Shown here piece after piece: positions 9,977-19,595 of a DNA stretch of 35,054 nucleotides; position 1 is the stretch's first letter; each line of letters opens with the position of its first letter. The stretch is from an uncultured Clostridia bacterium (lineage in GTDB: Bacteria > Bacillota > Clostridia > TANB77 > CAG-508). The stretch is taken from assembly GCA_944390335.1 (NCBI GenBank), contig CALXQA010000003.1, positions 1 through 35,054 on the forward strand, in the 5' to 3' direction. The notes below the pieces were generated by a model, which was not told the origin of the DNA, did no database searches, and worked only from the letters and a program-made list of their open reading frames with translations. Position numbers and translations under genes: made by a program.

Positions 9977-10166
9977 TCTTTTGCCCCCTTCTTTAAATTT
10001 TCTTTGGTTTTTTGGTTTTTCTTTAAATATTTTATACAACTTTTTTACAAAAGTAAATAAAAATATACAAAATTTTTTAATATTTTTTATTTTAGCTATT
10101 GATTAAAAATTTTCTTTGTTATATTATATTATGAGTATATTATAACTTTAACTAAGGAGGAGAAAA

Positions 10167-11048
10167 ATGCCAAAAAAAGCAAAAGAAAATGTTACAAAAA
10201 TTAATGTAGAAAATGAAAAAAATAAACCAAAAAATAAAGTTGATAACAAAAGTTCTTCTAAAGTTAAAGTACCTAAAAAAAGTACAGCTACATCAAAAAA
10301 TGTAGCTAATAAGACTAAAGTTGTAAGTAAGTCTGATGATAAGAAAACAGTAAAAAAGACAAATTCAAAATCAAAAACATCAACGCAAAAAAAGAAAAAA
10401 ACTACTTCTTTAAAAAATACTAAAACAAGTAGCAAAACTAAAAAAGTTATACAAAAAGATAATGATAAAAATAAAAAAGCCATATTAGAATATTATGACC
10501 TTCCATATAGATATAACAAAACTGTAGTAAAAGCTTTAGCACAAAATCCAAATACTCTTTTTGTATATTGGGAAATATCTGATGAAGATAGAAATAACTT
10601 TATAAAAAAATATGGTGAAGATTTTTTTAATATAACTAAACCTGTACTAATAGTGCATAATATAACTGATAAATATTCTTTTGAAATTGAAATAGATGAT
10701 TTTGCAAATAACTGGTATATACATGTTAATGATACTAAATGTCAATATGTAATAGAACTTGGAAGAAGGCCTAAAGAACTTAGTTATAAAGTAAGAGAAG
10801 ATTATTTATATATTACATCTTCAAATATGATTGAATCACCTAATGACCATGTACTCTTCTTCAAAGATACTGATAAAGTTTATTTTAAAAATATACACAC
10901 AAATAAGTATACTACTAAAGTAATTAGGCCATTTTTACTAAATAATATTAAAAATATATACAAAGAGTTTAATATTTCAGATAAAGAAAATCTTAATAGG
11001 TTTGATTTTAGTAATCCTTCTTCACAAAATCCAACCTCAAACTTTTAA
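10167..11048 (+). CDS. DUF4912 domain protein with a Lys-rich N-terminal region
   Basis: LPYRYNKT, AQNPNTLFVYWEI, NWYIHV, ELGR motifs; directly upstream of GH57. Confidence 0.8.
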   Translation: MPKKAKENVTKINVENEKNKPKNKVDNKSSSKVKVPKKSTATSKNVANKTKVVSKSDDKKTVKKTNSKSKTSTQKKKKTTSLKNTKTSSKTKKVIQKDNDKNKKAILEYYDLPYRYNKTVVKALAQNPNTLFVYWEISDEDRNNFIKKYGEDFFNITKPVLIVHNITDKYSFEIEIDDFANNWYIHVNDTKCQYVIELGRRPKELSYKVREDYLYITSSNMIESPNDHVLFFKDTDKVYFKNIHTNKYTTKVIRPFLLNNIKNIYKEFNISDKENLNRFDFSNPSSQNPTSNF

Positions 11049-11117
11049 TTATATTTTTATTATTTGTTTTATAGGTTTTCTAAAAGAAAACCTAAATTTT
11101 TGTTAAGGACTAAACAA

Positions 11118-12716
11118 ATGGAAAAAGATATAAAAGGATATGTAAGTTTTGTACTTCATGCACATTTACCTTTTGTGCATCATCCAGAAAGTGAAGATTA
11201 TTTAGAGGAACAGTGGCTTTATGAAGCTATTTCTGAAACATATATTCCACTTATTCTAACTTTTCAAAAGTTAGTTGATGAAGGAGTTGATTTTAGATTT
11301 ACTATGTCTCTTACTCCTCCTCTTTTAAATATGTTAGATAATAAGATGTTACAACAAAGGTATATTAAATATTTAAAAAAACATATTGAACTTTCTGAAA
11401 AAGAAATTGAAAGGACTAAAGATAATTCTAGAATAAATACATTATCTAAATATTACTTTGATAGATATTCTAATGATTTACATGTTTTTAAAGACATTTA
11501 TAATTGTAATTTAATAAGTGCATTTAAAAAATTTCAGGAACTTGGGAAATTAGAAATTATTGGTTGCGGTGCAACTCATGGATATTTCCCTATCCTTTAT
11601 GTTAATGAAAAAGCTGTAAGAGCTCAAATAGGTATTGGTGTTCAAACATATTATAAATATTTTGATAAACCAATAAAAGGGTTTTGGCTTCCAGAGTGTG
11701 GCTATGTTCCAGAAGCAGATAAATATTTAAAAGAGTTTGGGATAGAATATGTTTTAACAGAAACTCACGGAATACTATATGCAGACCCTACTCCTATATA
11801 TGGTACTTATGCTCCTATTGTATCACCAGATGGAGTAGTAGCTTTTGGTCGTGACCTAGAATCATCAAGGCAAGTTTGGTCATCTATTAATGGCTACCCT
11901 GGTGATTATAATTACAGAGAATTTTACAGAGATATTGGTTATGATGCACCTTATGAATATATAAAACCATATATTGCTTCTAATGGTGTTAGGGTATCTA
12001 CTGGAATAAGATATCATAGAATTACAGGTAAAACAGAAAATAAAGATATATATGATTTAAGATGGGCTATGGATTCAGTTGAAAAACATGCTGGACATTT
12101 CTTTGATTGTAGAAATTCACAAATAGATTATTTATCAAGAAATATGGATACCCCTCCAATTATAGTGTGTCCTTATGATGCAGAACTTTATGGTCATTGG
12201 TGGTATGAAGGTCCTGATTTCTTATATGTACTTGCCAAAAAAATATACTATGATAAATGTAACTTTAAGTTAATAACACCTAGTGAATATATAGATAAAT
12301 ATCCAAATATCCAAGTATCAACTCCATGTCGTAGTAGTTGGGGTGCAAAAGGCTATTCAGAAGTTTGGCTTAATCCTTCTAATGATTATGTGCATAAACA
12401 TTTACATACAGCAGGAGATAGAATGTGCAAGCTTGCTAAAATGTTTCCAAACGAGCCTAAAGATTCTTTTAAAAGAAGAGTATTAAATCAATGTGCTAGA
12501 GAATTAGTATTAGCACAAAGTAGTGATTGGCTTTTTATTATAACTAATGGTACAATGGTTGATTATGCTAAAAAAAGAATAAAAGACCATATTGGTAGAT
12601 TTAATAAATTATATAATAGTTTAATTAATGATGAGCAAATAGAAGAAACATTTTTACAAAACATTGAAGAAAAAGACTGTATATTTAAAGATATTGATTA
12701 TATGATATATTACTAA
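11118..12716 (+). CDS. GH57 1,4-alpha-glucan branching enzyme (DUF1957-type)
   Basis: LHAHLPFV, EAISETYIP, ATHG, GFWLPECGY, PYDAELYGHWWYEG, AQSSDW. Confidence 0.92.
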   Translation: MEKDIKGYVSFVLHAHLPFVHHPESEDYLEEQWLYEAISETYIPLILTFQKLVDEGVDFRFTMSLTPPLLNMLDNKMLQQRYIKYLKKHIELSEKEIERTKDNSRINTLSKYYFDRYSNDLHVFKDIYNCNLISAFKKFQELGKLEIIGCGATHGYFPILYVNEKAVRAQIGIGVQTYYKYFDKPIKGFWLPECGYVPEADKYLKEFGIEYVLTETHGILYADPTPIYGTYAPIVSPDGVVAFGRDLESSRQVWSSINGYPGDYNYREFYRDIGYDAPYEYIKPYIASNGVRVSTGIRYHRITGKTENKDIYDLRWAMDSVEKHAGHFFDCRNSQIDYLSRNMDTPPIIVCPYDAELYGHWWYEGPDFLYVLAKKIYYDKCNFKLITPSEYIDKYPNIQVSTPCRSSWGAKGYSEVWLNPSNDYVHKHLHTAGDRMCKLAKMFPNEPKDSFKRRVLNQCARELVLAQSSDWLFIITNGTMVDYAKKRIKDHIGRFNKLYNSLINDEQIEETFLQNIEEKDCIFKDIDYMIYY

Positions 12717-12718
12717 TA

Positions 12719-12758
12719 AAAAACTCTATGTATATAAAATACCATACATAGAGTTTTT
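12719..12758. terminator. Intrinsic terminator after GH57
   Basis: aaaaactctatgtat / atacatagagttttt 15-bp stem. Confidence 0.8.
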
Positions 12759-12887
12759 ATATATTATTCTATAGACCAAACTCAAACTAATAGCTACTCC
12801 TGAGAATATTAATATAATTATTATTGTAATTGTATTTACTAATAATAAAACATTTATTCTTTTTAATCCAACTTTATTTTCCTTCAT
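12726..12887 (-). pseudogene. 53-aa ORF resembling a degenerate prepilin-like leader
   Basis: MKENKVGLKRINVLLLVNTITIIIILIFSGVAISLSLV…; aligns loosely with the 8066-8281 leader but lacks the cleavage Gly and runs into the terminator. Confidence 0.35.
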
Positions 12888-13020
12888 AAATAAATTTTCT
12901 AACTTTTATAATATGCCACTCCTATATTTTAAGTTCTCCTAAAATGCATTATTATTTTCTTTCTATGTATATTTTTTCTTTATTTTTCATTTAAATATTT
13001 AAATAAAGTATTTTCATTAA

Positions 13021-14515
13021 TTAAAATGCAAGTACCACTCTATATCCTTCTGCAGTATTACTACTTCCATTATATCCATTAAAGCTAAAAATTCCCTCTG
13101 TTGTTCCTCCATGGCAATCCCCCCCTCTTATCAAGAAAGGTATATCACTTTGCATAAAAAATGAAGAATTAGAATTAAAAGAATTATTTCCATATCCGCA
13201 TATTAGATATCTCATAAATAGCATCTCCTCTATTTCTTAGAGATAATGAATAATTATTATTAGAATATACCTGATTATATAGCGTTCCTGTATCTTGGCT
13301 ATCATGATTATATATTGTTTTATACTTAGAATTTTTACTTCCATAAAAGTCTGTATCTAGATTTCCTCCATAAAGACTTAATCCTGTATAACCATTATCT
13401 ATATATGCTGCAATATATTCCCAAGCACCTCCTACTAAATCATATACACCAGTTTCATTTCCATTTGAACTTTGACCTTTATTTGACAAATATACACTTG
13501 TGATTGTAGTACTTCCACCTGTTAAATAATTAGAATTTGTATTACATTGTATAGACCTTCCATTTGTTCCGTATTTACTATATGACAAGTATGCTATAGC
13601 TCCCCATTCAGAGCTTTTCATTAAATGGCTATCCCTATTTCTATCATAATAAAAACTATTTAAATAGCAATTATTTATAGATATATTTCTCCAACTACTA
13701 ACAGCAGGTTTGCTTACTGCTTTAATATTATCATTTATTGTAATATTTCCAACATCTATATTAATAGTATCAGTATGAATTCCATTTGTCTCCATACTCA
13801 TTTCATACTTAGCCACCCAAATACCACTTAAATCTTTACTCCAGCCACCATTTCTATATCCACTAGCAGTGTCTTTAGAAAATGCAGGAGCCACAATATA
13901 GTGATTAGAAGTTTCTCTTATACCTGTATTATTTTTAGAAATCCTAGTAAAACTTCCGTCATCATTTATTTTAATAAGTCCTCTTCCATCACAAAAACCT
14001 ATTATATTAGAATAATTTTCATTAGAATAATATATTATCCTATATGCATATCTTGGAATCCATACAAAATAACTACCATCGCTATTTATAGCATTTGCCC
14101 ATTTTTGTTCATCATAATTATACCACTCTTCATCATTGCTTTGAACAACTTGAAAATTATTAATTGAAGAATTAAACTTAATTGGTGTAAGACCTCCTAA
14201 AGATGGCTCTAAAGGTTTTTCTATCACATTATTATTTTCATCAATCCAAACCACTTCTATTCTTCCATATTTTCTATTAATACTCTCATTAGAATTGTCT
14301 ATAATTACTAGATTCTCCTCTTGAAAAATTTTATCATTTTCATTTTGATTATCATCATCTTCTAAAATATTATTATCGATTAACATATTATAATTATTAT
14401 TTGCTTTTTTATAGTAACTACTAATAAAAAATATTAATATTATTGTTAATACAAAAATAATAATTATTACTGCTGTAACAATTATTATTTTAGTAAGGTT
14501 ATTATTTTTCTCCAT
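13021..14515 (-). CDS. Membrane-anchored surface protein with an FGE/C-type-lectin-like C-terminal domain; a single gene (about 497 aa) joined by a +1 shift at CGG 13198-13196
   Basis: N-terminal TM; FVWIPRY, GIWVAKYEMS, SEWGAIAYL, GVYDLVGGAWEY in ORF 13184-14515; the domain's closing motifs PFLIRGG…GIF…GYRVVL lie in the +1 ORF 13021-13224. Confidence 0.7.
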
Positions 14516-14529
14516 AAAATTTCCCCTTA

Positions 14530-14967
14530 TTATTTTAATTCTTTTCTATCCTGCCTTATCTCTTTTAAAGTATCTTCCAAAGATTTTTCTAATTGTGCTA
14601 ATATGTTATCAGCATATTCTTTTGCCCCTTGAGTAATTTGTCTTGAATTTTCATTTGCAGCTTCCATTATTTGATTTTTTTGTTCATAAGCCTTTTTAGT
14701 AATTTCATGTTCATCTATCATAGCTATAATTCTATTTTCTGCTTCTTTAACAACATCATCTGCCTCTTTTTTAGCTTCTTCTAAAATTCTATCCCTCTCT
14801 TCACTCACCCATTTTGCTTGTTTTAAATCCTCTGGTAATTTTAATCGAATTTCTTTTATTATATCTAACAAATCTTCTTGTTCAATCATCACCTTATTAG
14901 TAAAAGGCATTTTTTTAGAATTTTCAATTATTTCTTCTAATGTTTCTAGTAATGTAAATATTTCCAT
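14530..14967 (-). CDS. Conserved coiled-coil protein of the clostridial rsmD-coaD locus (often labelled ATPase/ATP synthase subunit-like)
   Basis: LLETLEEIIE…PF…IRLKLPEDLKQAKW…GAKEYAD pattern; position after rsmD. Confidence 0.7.
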   Translation of the reverse strand: MEIFTLLETLEEIIENSKKMPFTNKVMIEQEDLLDIIKEIRLKLPEDLKQAKWVSEERDRILEEAKKEADDVVKEAENRIIAMIDEHEITKKAYEQKNQIMEAANENSRQITQGAKEYADNILAQLEKSLEDTLKEIRQDRKELK

Positions 14968-15527
14968 TATATATTTCCTCGCTTCTTTACAAAGATTAAA
15001 TTCGCTCTACCATATTTTCTTTCATCAATTATTGTAACTCCTCTTACATCATTTAATTCTTTTATATCTCTATCTATTTCATCTGTTTCTATAACTATTA
15101 TACTATTTTCATTTATTAATTCTTTATTAATTAATTCCTTTAGAGCCTTAACACCTAAATCTGATTTATATGGCGGATCTATAAATATTATATCTATTTT
15201 CTCTTTAATTTTATTTAGTAATTTTGTATAGTCGCCAAAAAAGACCTCTGCATTATCTATTAATCTTGTTTTTTCTAAATTTCTTTTTATTACTTTTATA
15301 GCATCAATATTGTTGTCACAAAAATATACTTTTTTTGCACCTCTACTAAGTGACTCTATTCCTAAAGCACCACTTCCTGCAAATAAGTCTAAAACAATGC
15401 TATCTTTTATATCATTTTGTAAAATATTAAATAGAGCTTCCTTTACTCTATCTAATGTAGGTCTTGTTTTTAATGAGTCAATAGTTTCAATTTTGCTTCC
15501 TCTTGCTATACCACTGATTACCCTCAT
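14967..15527 (-). CDS. rsmD: 16S rRNA m2G966 methyltransferase
   Basis: MRVISG, TRPTLDRVKEALFN, LDLFAGSGALGIESLSRGA, DPPY. Confidence 0.95.
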   Translation of the reverse strand: MRVISGIARGSKIETIDSLKTRPTLDRVKEALFNILQNDIKDSIVLDLFAGSGALGIESLSRGAKKVYFCDNNIDAIKVIKRNLEKTRLIDNAEVFFGDYTKLLNKIKEKIDIIFIDPPYKSDLGVKALKELINKELINENSIIVIETDEIDRDIKELNDVRGVTIIDERKYGRANLIFVKKRGNI

Positions 15528-15694
15528 AATACTATTTTATCTATATTTCCTTTCTTGTCAATAGAGTTAATAAAATTGTAATATTTCCTTAATATCACTG
15601 TAATACAGATATTTTACCATAAAATTTGCAAAAACAAAAGGAATATATGCTAAAATCTGCACATATTCCACTATTTTTATTACAAAATTGTAAT

Positions 15695-16147
15695 TTACTC
15701 GTTTTTATTAACTTCTTTTAAAAGCTCTAACTGAGATATAAGTAAAGATTCCATTTTTGCTTTATATACATCAAACTGTTTACTTAAATCATCCAATTCC
15801 TTTTGTTTTTCAGCAATTTGAAGTTCTATACTGTTTGTTGCTTCTTTTGCAGTATTTTGGGCTTCTCTTATAATTTGGTCTGCTTGCTTTTGTGCTGCAC
15901 TTTTAACTTCATCTGCTGCTGATTGTGCCATAAGTAAAGTATTTTGAAGTGTAGATTCTATTCTTGTATAATTTTCTAATTTACTTCTTAAATCCTCTAC
16001 TTCTTTATCATTTTCATTAACTCTTTTATATATTGTAGAATAATCTTTTGTAAGTTCATCTAAGAATTCATCTACTTCTTCTGGATCATATCCATTTAAA
16101 GTTTTTTTAGAGAATCTCTTATTTTCAATGTCTAATGGTGTAATCAT
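15695..16147 (-). CDS. divIVA: Cell division protein DivIVA
   Basis: MITPLDIENKRF…GYDPEEVDEFLD followed by a coiled coil. Confidence 0.92.
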   Translation of the reverse strand: MITPLDIENKRFSKKTLNGYDPEEVDEFLDELTKDYSTIYKRVNENDKEVEDLRSKLENYTRIESTLQNTLLMAQSAADEVKSAAQKQADQIIREAQNTAKEATNSIELQIAEKQKELDDLSKQFDVYKAKMESLLISQLELLKEVNKNE

Positions 16148-16165
16148 ACTATTCCCCCATATTAA

Positions 16166-16630
16166 TTAATTATTACTGTTACTCTTTAGCCAAGATACTG
16201 GTATCTTACTTTTAGTTTCTTCTTTTGAATCTGAAGTAATATCATAGTTATATGGTGCTACTAAAAATATAGAACTAGATATTTTTTGCATATGCCCATC
16301 TAAAGCATGTGCTGCCCCACTTACTACATCTATAATTCTTCTAGCTACATCTTTGTTTACATATTCTAAATTTATTATTATAGATTTCTTTTCTTTTAAT
16401 AAATCACATATTTCTTCTGATTGCTCAAAACCAGTAGGTTGCATTATAACCATTCTTACTTGCTGTGCCATATTTACAACCTTATTATTTCTTCTTCCAA
16501 ATAGTCCTTTTGGTTCATCATCATCTTCTTCATATTGTTCATTTATATCTTCATAGTCTTCCTCTTGTTCTTCGTCTTCTGCTCCCATTCCAAACATATT
16601 CATAAATTTACTTAAAACTGCGTTTGCCAT
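16166..16630 (-). CDS. sepF: Cell division protein SepF
   Basis: IINLE…ARRIIDVVSGAAHALDG…IFLVAP. Confidence 0.92.
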   Translation of the reverse strand: MANAVLSKFMNMFGMGAEDEEQEEDYEDINEQYEEDDDEPKGLFGRRNNKVVNMAQQVRMVIMQPTGFEQSEEICDLLKEKKSIIINLEYVNKDVARRIIDVVSGAAHALDGHMQKISSSIFLVAPYNYDITSDSKEETKSKIPVSWLKSNSNN

Positions 16631-16761
16631 TTATAAACAACCTCCTAAATTTCTCCTTCGTGTCTACGATTATACTAAGTATCTAACTTTTTTGCATTAT
16701 TGTCAATACCTTTTAAACTATTGTAATGATTATTTAATTTATTTGTAATATTTTTGTAATA

Positions 16762-18225
16762 TTATGTTACACTTTTTATCTGGCTTTCTGTCGGTTTTAG
16801 TATTAATTCGTCGTATAAAATTATTGATGTTGACACATTTTTGTCTATATTTAAATCTTTTAATTCAGATGTACTATAGTTTGTAACTACTGAATAACTA
16901 TCTGTTTTCTTTTTTATTTTTACTAATACCTTATCTAAATATCCTGCTCTTGTTCTTATGACATAATTTAAGTCATTTTCTGTTATTATACTAGAATTTG
17001 GCACTTTATATCCTTCTGCATCCCACCATATTATGTCAAACGATGTTTTTCTATAACTTAATAATTCATCAATTCCTTCTGTTATACTAAATATTATAGT
17101 ATTTTCTCCATTTGCTTCTTGTATAATATATTCTACTTTTCCTTCAACTTCCTTTGTGCTTGGAAGTCTAATCTTTACTTTATCTCCTATTTTAGCATTA
17201 CTTGCATCTTCACTTTTTGAAGTGCATGCAATATATGATATAAAATTATTTACTATTTTTCCACCTTCTGAACTTGAAGATATTATTTGACCATTTTTTA
17301 GATTTAAACTGTCCAAAAATTCTTTGTTAATTTTAGAAAAATCACTTGGATTAAGAATTTCTTCTAGTCCATCAATCCTATATGATACAATTCCACTACT
17401 TGTAGCATTTATATATTCTGCACCAGAATTTAATTCATTTTCATATCCACTTCTTTCATCTATTAGTTTTTTTAAATAAGAACCACTTGGGCTTAAATCT
17501 CCTGCTATTTTAGCTTTTTTTGTAATATATTCTGATATATCTTTTTTATATTCATTAATTTTTTGTATATCATTTATATCATAAACATTTGATAGTCTTT
17601 CCTCTATTTGTGTATCTAATAACTTAGTATCTGGAGAAAATAGATTCTCATTATTCTCTTCCATTGCTTCTTGAATTTTAATATCTAAATCTGCTATTTT
17701 TTTCTTAAGTTCTTCTTCACCTGATGTATAGTATCTAAATATAGGATCACCATTTGCAACTTTTTCACCTTCATTTTTTATTTGTACCATTCCATTTTTA
17801 TAATTCTCACCTTTTATAACAGTTTCTTCTCTTATAATATAGCCAATTACTGTTTCTTCACTCGATATTCTTCCTTCTTTTACAACTACTGTATCTGTAG
17901 GATTAATTATTAAATTATATACAGAAGCTGATATATATATAATTACAGCTATTATAAGTATAAAGACAGTAATAACCTTTGCTCTATTAATTCTTTTTTT
18001 ATTCTTACTTGTTACTTCAATATTTAGATTTTTATTATGTTTATCTAAAATAATGCTCTCATTATTTTCATATATCCCTTTATCTTTATGTTTATTAATT
18101 CTTTTTTCTCTTTTTTGTAACTTTTCCTTATATATTTTTTTCTTGTCTTTTATAATATTAGTTTTTTCTTGATTATTAATGTTTTTATCTTTATTTTTCT
18201 TACCTTCCTTTTTATTATTTTTCAC
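16762..18225 (-). CDS. HlyD-family membrane-fusion-like protein of the clostridial sepF locus
   Basis: Single TM, GYIIREE, EGEKVANG, SGIVSYRIDGLE, GYKVPNSSI; GTG start overlapping the miaA stop. Confidence 0.75.
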   Translation of the reverse strand: MKNNKKEGKKNKDKNINNQEKTNIIKDKKKIYKEKLQKREKRINKHKDKGIYENNESIILDKHNKNLNIEVTSKNKKRINRAKVITVFILIIAVIIYISASVYNLIINPTDTVVVKEGRISSEETVIGYIIREETVIKGENYKNGMVQIKNEGEKVANGDPIFRYYTSGEEELKKKIADLDIKIQEAMEENNENLFSPDTKLLDTQIEERLSNVYDINDIQKINEYKKDISEYITKKAKIAGDLSPSGSYLKKLIDERSGYENELNSGAEYINATSSGIVSYRIDGLEEILNPSDFSKINKEFLDSLNLKNGQIISSSSEGGKIVNNFISYIACTSKSEDASNAKIGDKVKIRLPSTKEVEGKVEYIIQEANGENTIIFSITEGIDELLSYRKTSFDIIWWDAEGYKVPNSSIITENDLNYVIRTRAGYLDKVLVKIKKKTDSYSVVTNYSTSELKDLNIDKNVSTSIILYDELILKPTESQIKSVT

Positions 18226-19129
18226 TTATATCCTCCAATATTATATCAACATTATTGGTATTATTACTATCAAGCCATGTTGCTTCTTTATATGATTTAA
18301 ACCATGTAAGTTGCCTTTTTGCATATCTTCTTGTTTCCATTTTTATTTTCTCTATCATTTCTTCTTTTGTTATTTTGTTTTCTAAAAATTCTACAACTTC
18401 TTTATATCCTAATCCTTGCATTGCAGTAGGAAATTCTTTATATTTAGAAATTATTTTTTTAACTTCTTCAATTAGCCCTTCTTTTATCATTATGTCTACT
18501 CTTTTATTTATTCTTTCATAAAGTTCACATCTTGGCATATTTAATACAAATATTCTATAATCATACTTTATTCCATTTTTTCTTGATTCTTTTTCTAGTT
18601 CTGTTTTTGTTTTTCCTGTACTATGGTATATTTCAAGTATCCTTAATATTCTTTTTTTATCATTCTTACTTATTTTTTCTACTGCTATAGGATCTATTAT
18701 TTTAGCTTCTTTATATATTTCTTCTAGTCCATCTTTATTTACTTTTTCTTCTAATTCTTTTCTGTAATTTAAGTCTGTTTTTATATCTGGATAATCTATT
18801 CCATATATTAAAGAATTTAAATAAAGGCCTGTACCCCCAACAATTATAGGGGTTTTATTGTCTTTTATAATTTTATCAATTACATTTTCTGCATCATTTT
18901 TATATTCTGCTACACTATACCTTTTGTCTGGAGATACAAAATCTATTAAATAATGTTTTGCTTCATTTTGTTCTGTTTTTGTAGGTTTTGCTGTACCTAT
19001 ATCCATATCTTTATATATTTGCATTGAATCACAAGATACTATTTCTCCATTAATTTTTTTAGCAAGTTTTATTCCTAGTTTAGTTTTTCCTGAAGCAGTA
19101 GGTCCACATATAACTATTACTTTATTCAT
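18215..19129 (-). CDS. miaA: tRNA dimethylallyltransferase
   Basis: GPTASGKT, DSMQIY, DIGTAKP, VGGTGLY, GLGYKE, TRRYAKRQLTWF. Confidence 0.97.
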   Translation of the reverse strand: MNKVIVICGPTASGKTKLGIKLAKKINGEIVSCDSMQIYKDMDIGTAKPTKTEQNEAKHYLIDFVSPDKRYSVAEYKNDAENVIDKIIKDNKTPIIVGGTGLYLNSLIYGIDYPDIKTDLNYRKELEEKVNKDGLEEIYKEAKIIDPIAVEKISKNDKKRILRILEIYHSTGKTKTELEKESRKNGIKYDYRIFVLNMPRCELYERINKRVDIMIKEGLIEEVKKIISKYKEFPTAMQGLGYKEVVEFLENKITKEEMIEKIKMETRRYAKRQLTWFKSYKEATWLDSNNTNNVDIILEDISEK

Positions 19130-19148
19130 TTTTTCTCCCTTTATAAAC

Positions 19149-19589
19149 TTATCCTTCTTTACTTTTTTCTATTACATTATTATTAAAATTTTCTATTCCA
19201 TGCTGTATATCTTTTATATACATATTTTCTATAAATAGTATTATAATCCCTATTATAATAAATAATATTATTTTGAATTTAAACTTTGGTTCATTTATCT
19301 CCTTATTTTTTAATTTCTTAAACTGCAAAAGTATAGGTACTAATATACATAGAATATTTATTGGAAGAAATGTAAATAATATTAATTGTCTTGATGCTGT
19401 TATTATATTTTTGTCTACATTTGCTGATGATATATTATAGATTATATATAAAATTGCATACATTAGTATTACTCCAAGAAGAGTTATTGCAATTTTATTT
19501 TTTATCTCTATATCTCCTAATGATTTAAGCACAATGCTTATTGCTACTATATTTAATATTATTATAAATGCTATTGTTATAATTTCCAT
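19149..19589 (-). CDS. Hypothetical membrane protein (about 4 TM)
   Basis: Four hydrophobic segments; tightly packed between mutL and miaA. Confidence 0.7.
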   Translation of the reverse strand: MEIITIAFIIILNIVAISIVLKSLGDIEIKNKIAITLLGVILMYAILYIIYNISSANVDKNIITASRQLILFTFLPINILCILVPILLQFKKLKNKEINEPKFKFKIILFIIIGIIILFIENMYIKDIQHGIENFNNNVIEKSKEG

Positions 19590-19595
19590 AATTTC

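Noticed and set aside
13021-13224. Independent 67-aa gene
   Set aside because: Its sequence completes the upstream protein's domain, so it is better explained as the +1 continuation
13021-14515. Diversity-generating retroelement
   Set aside because: Target-like fold only; no reverse transcriptase or template repeat in the window
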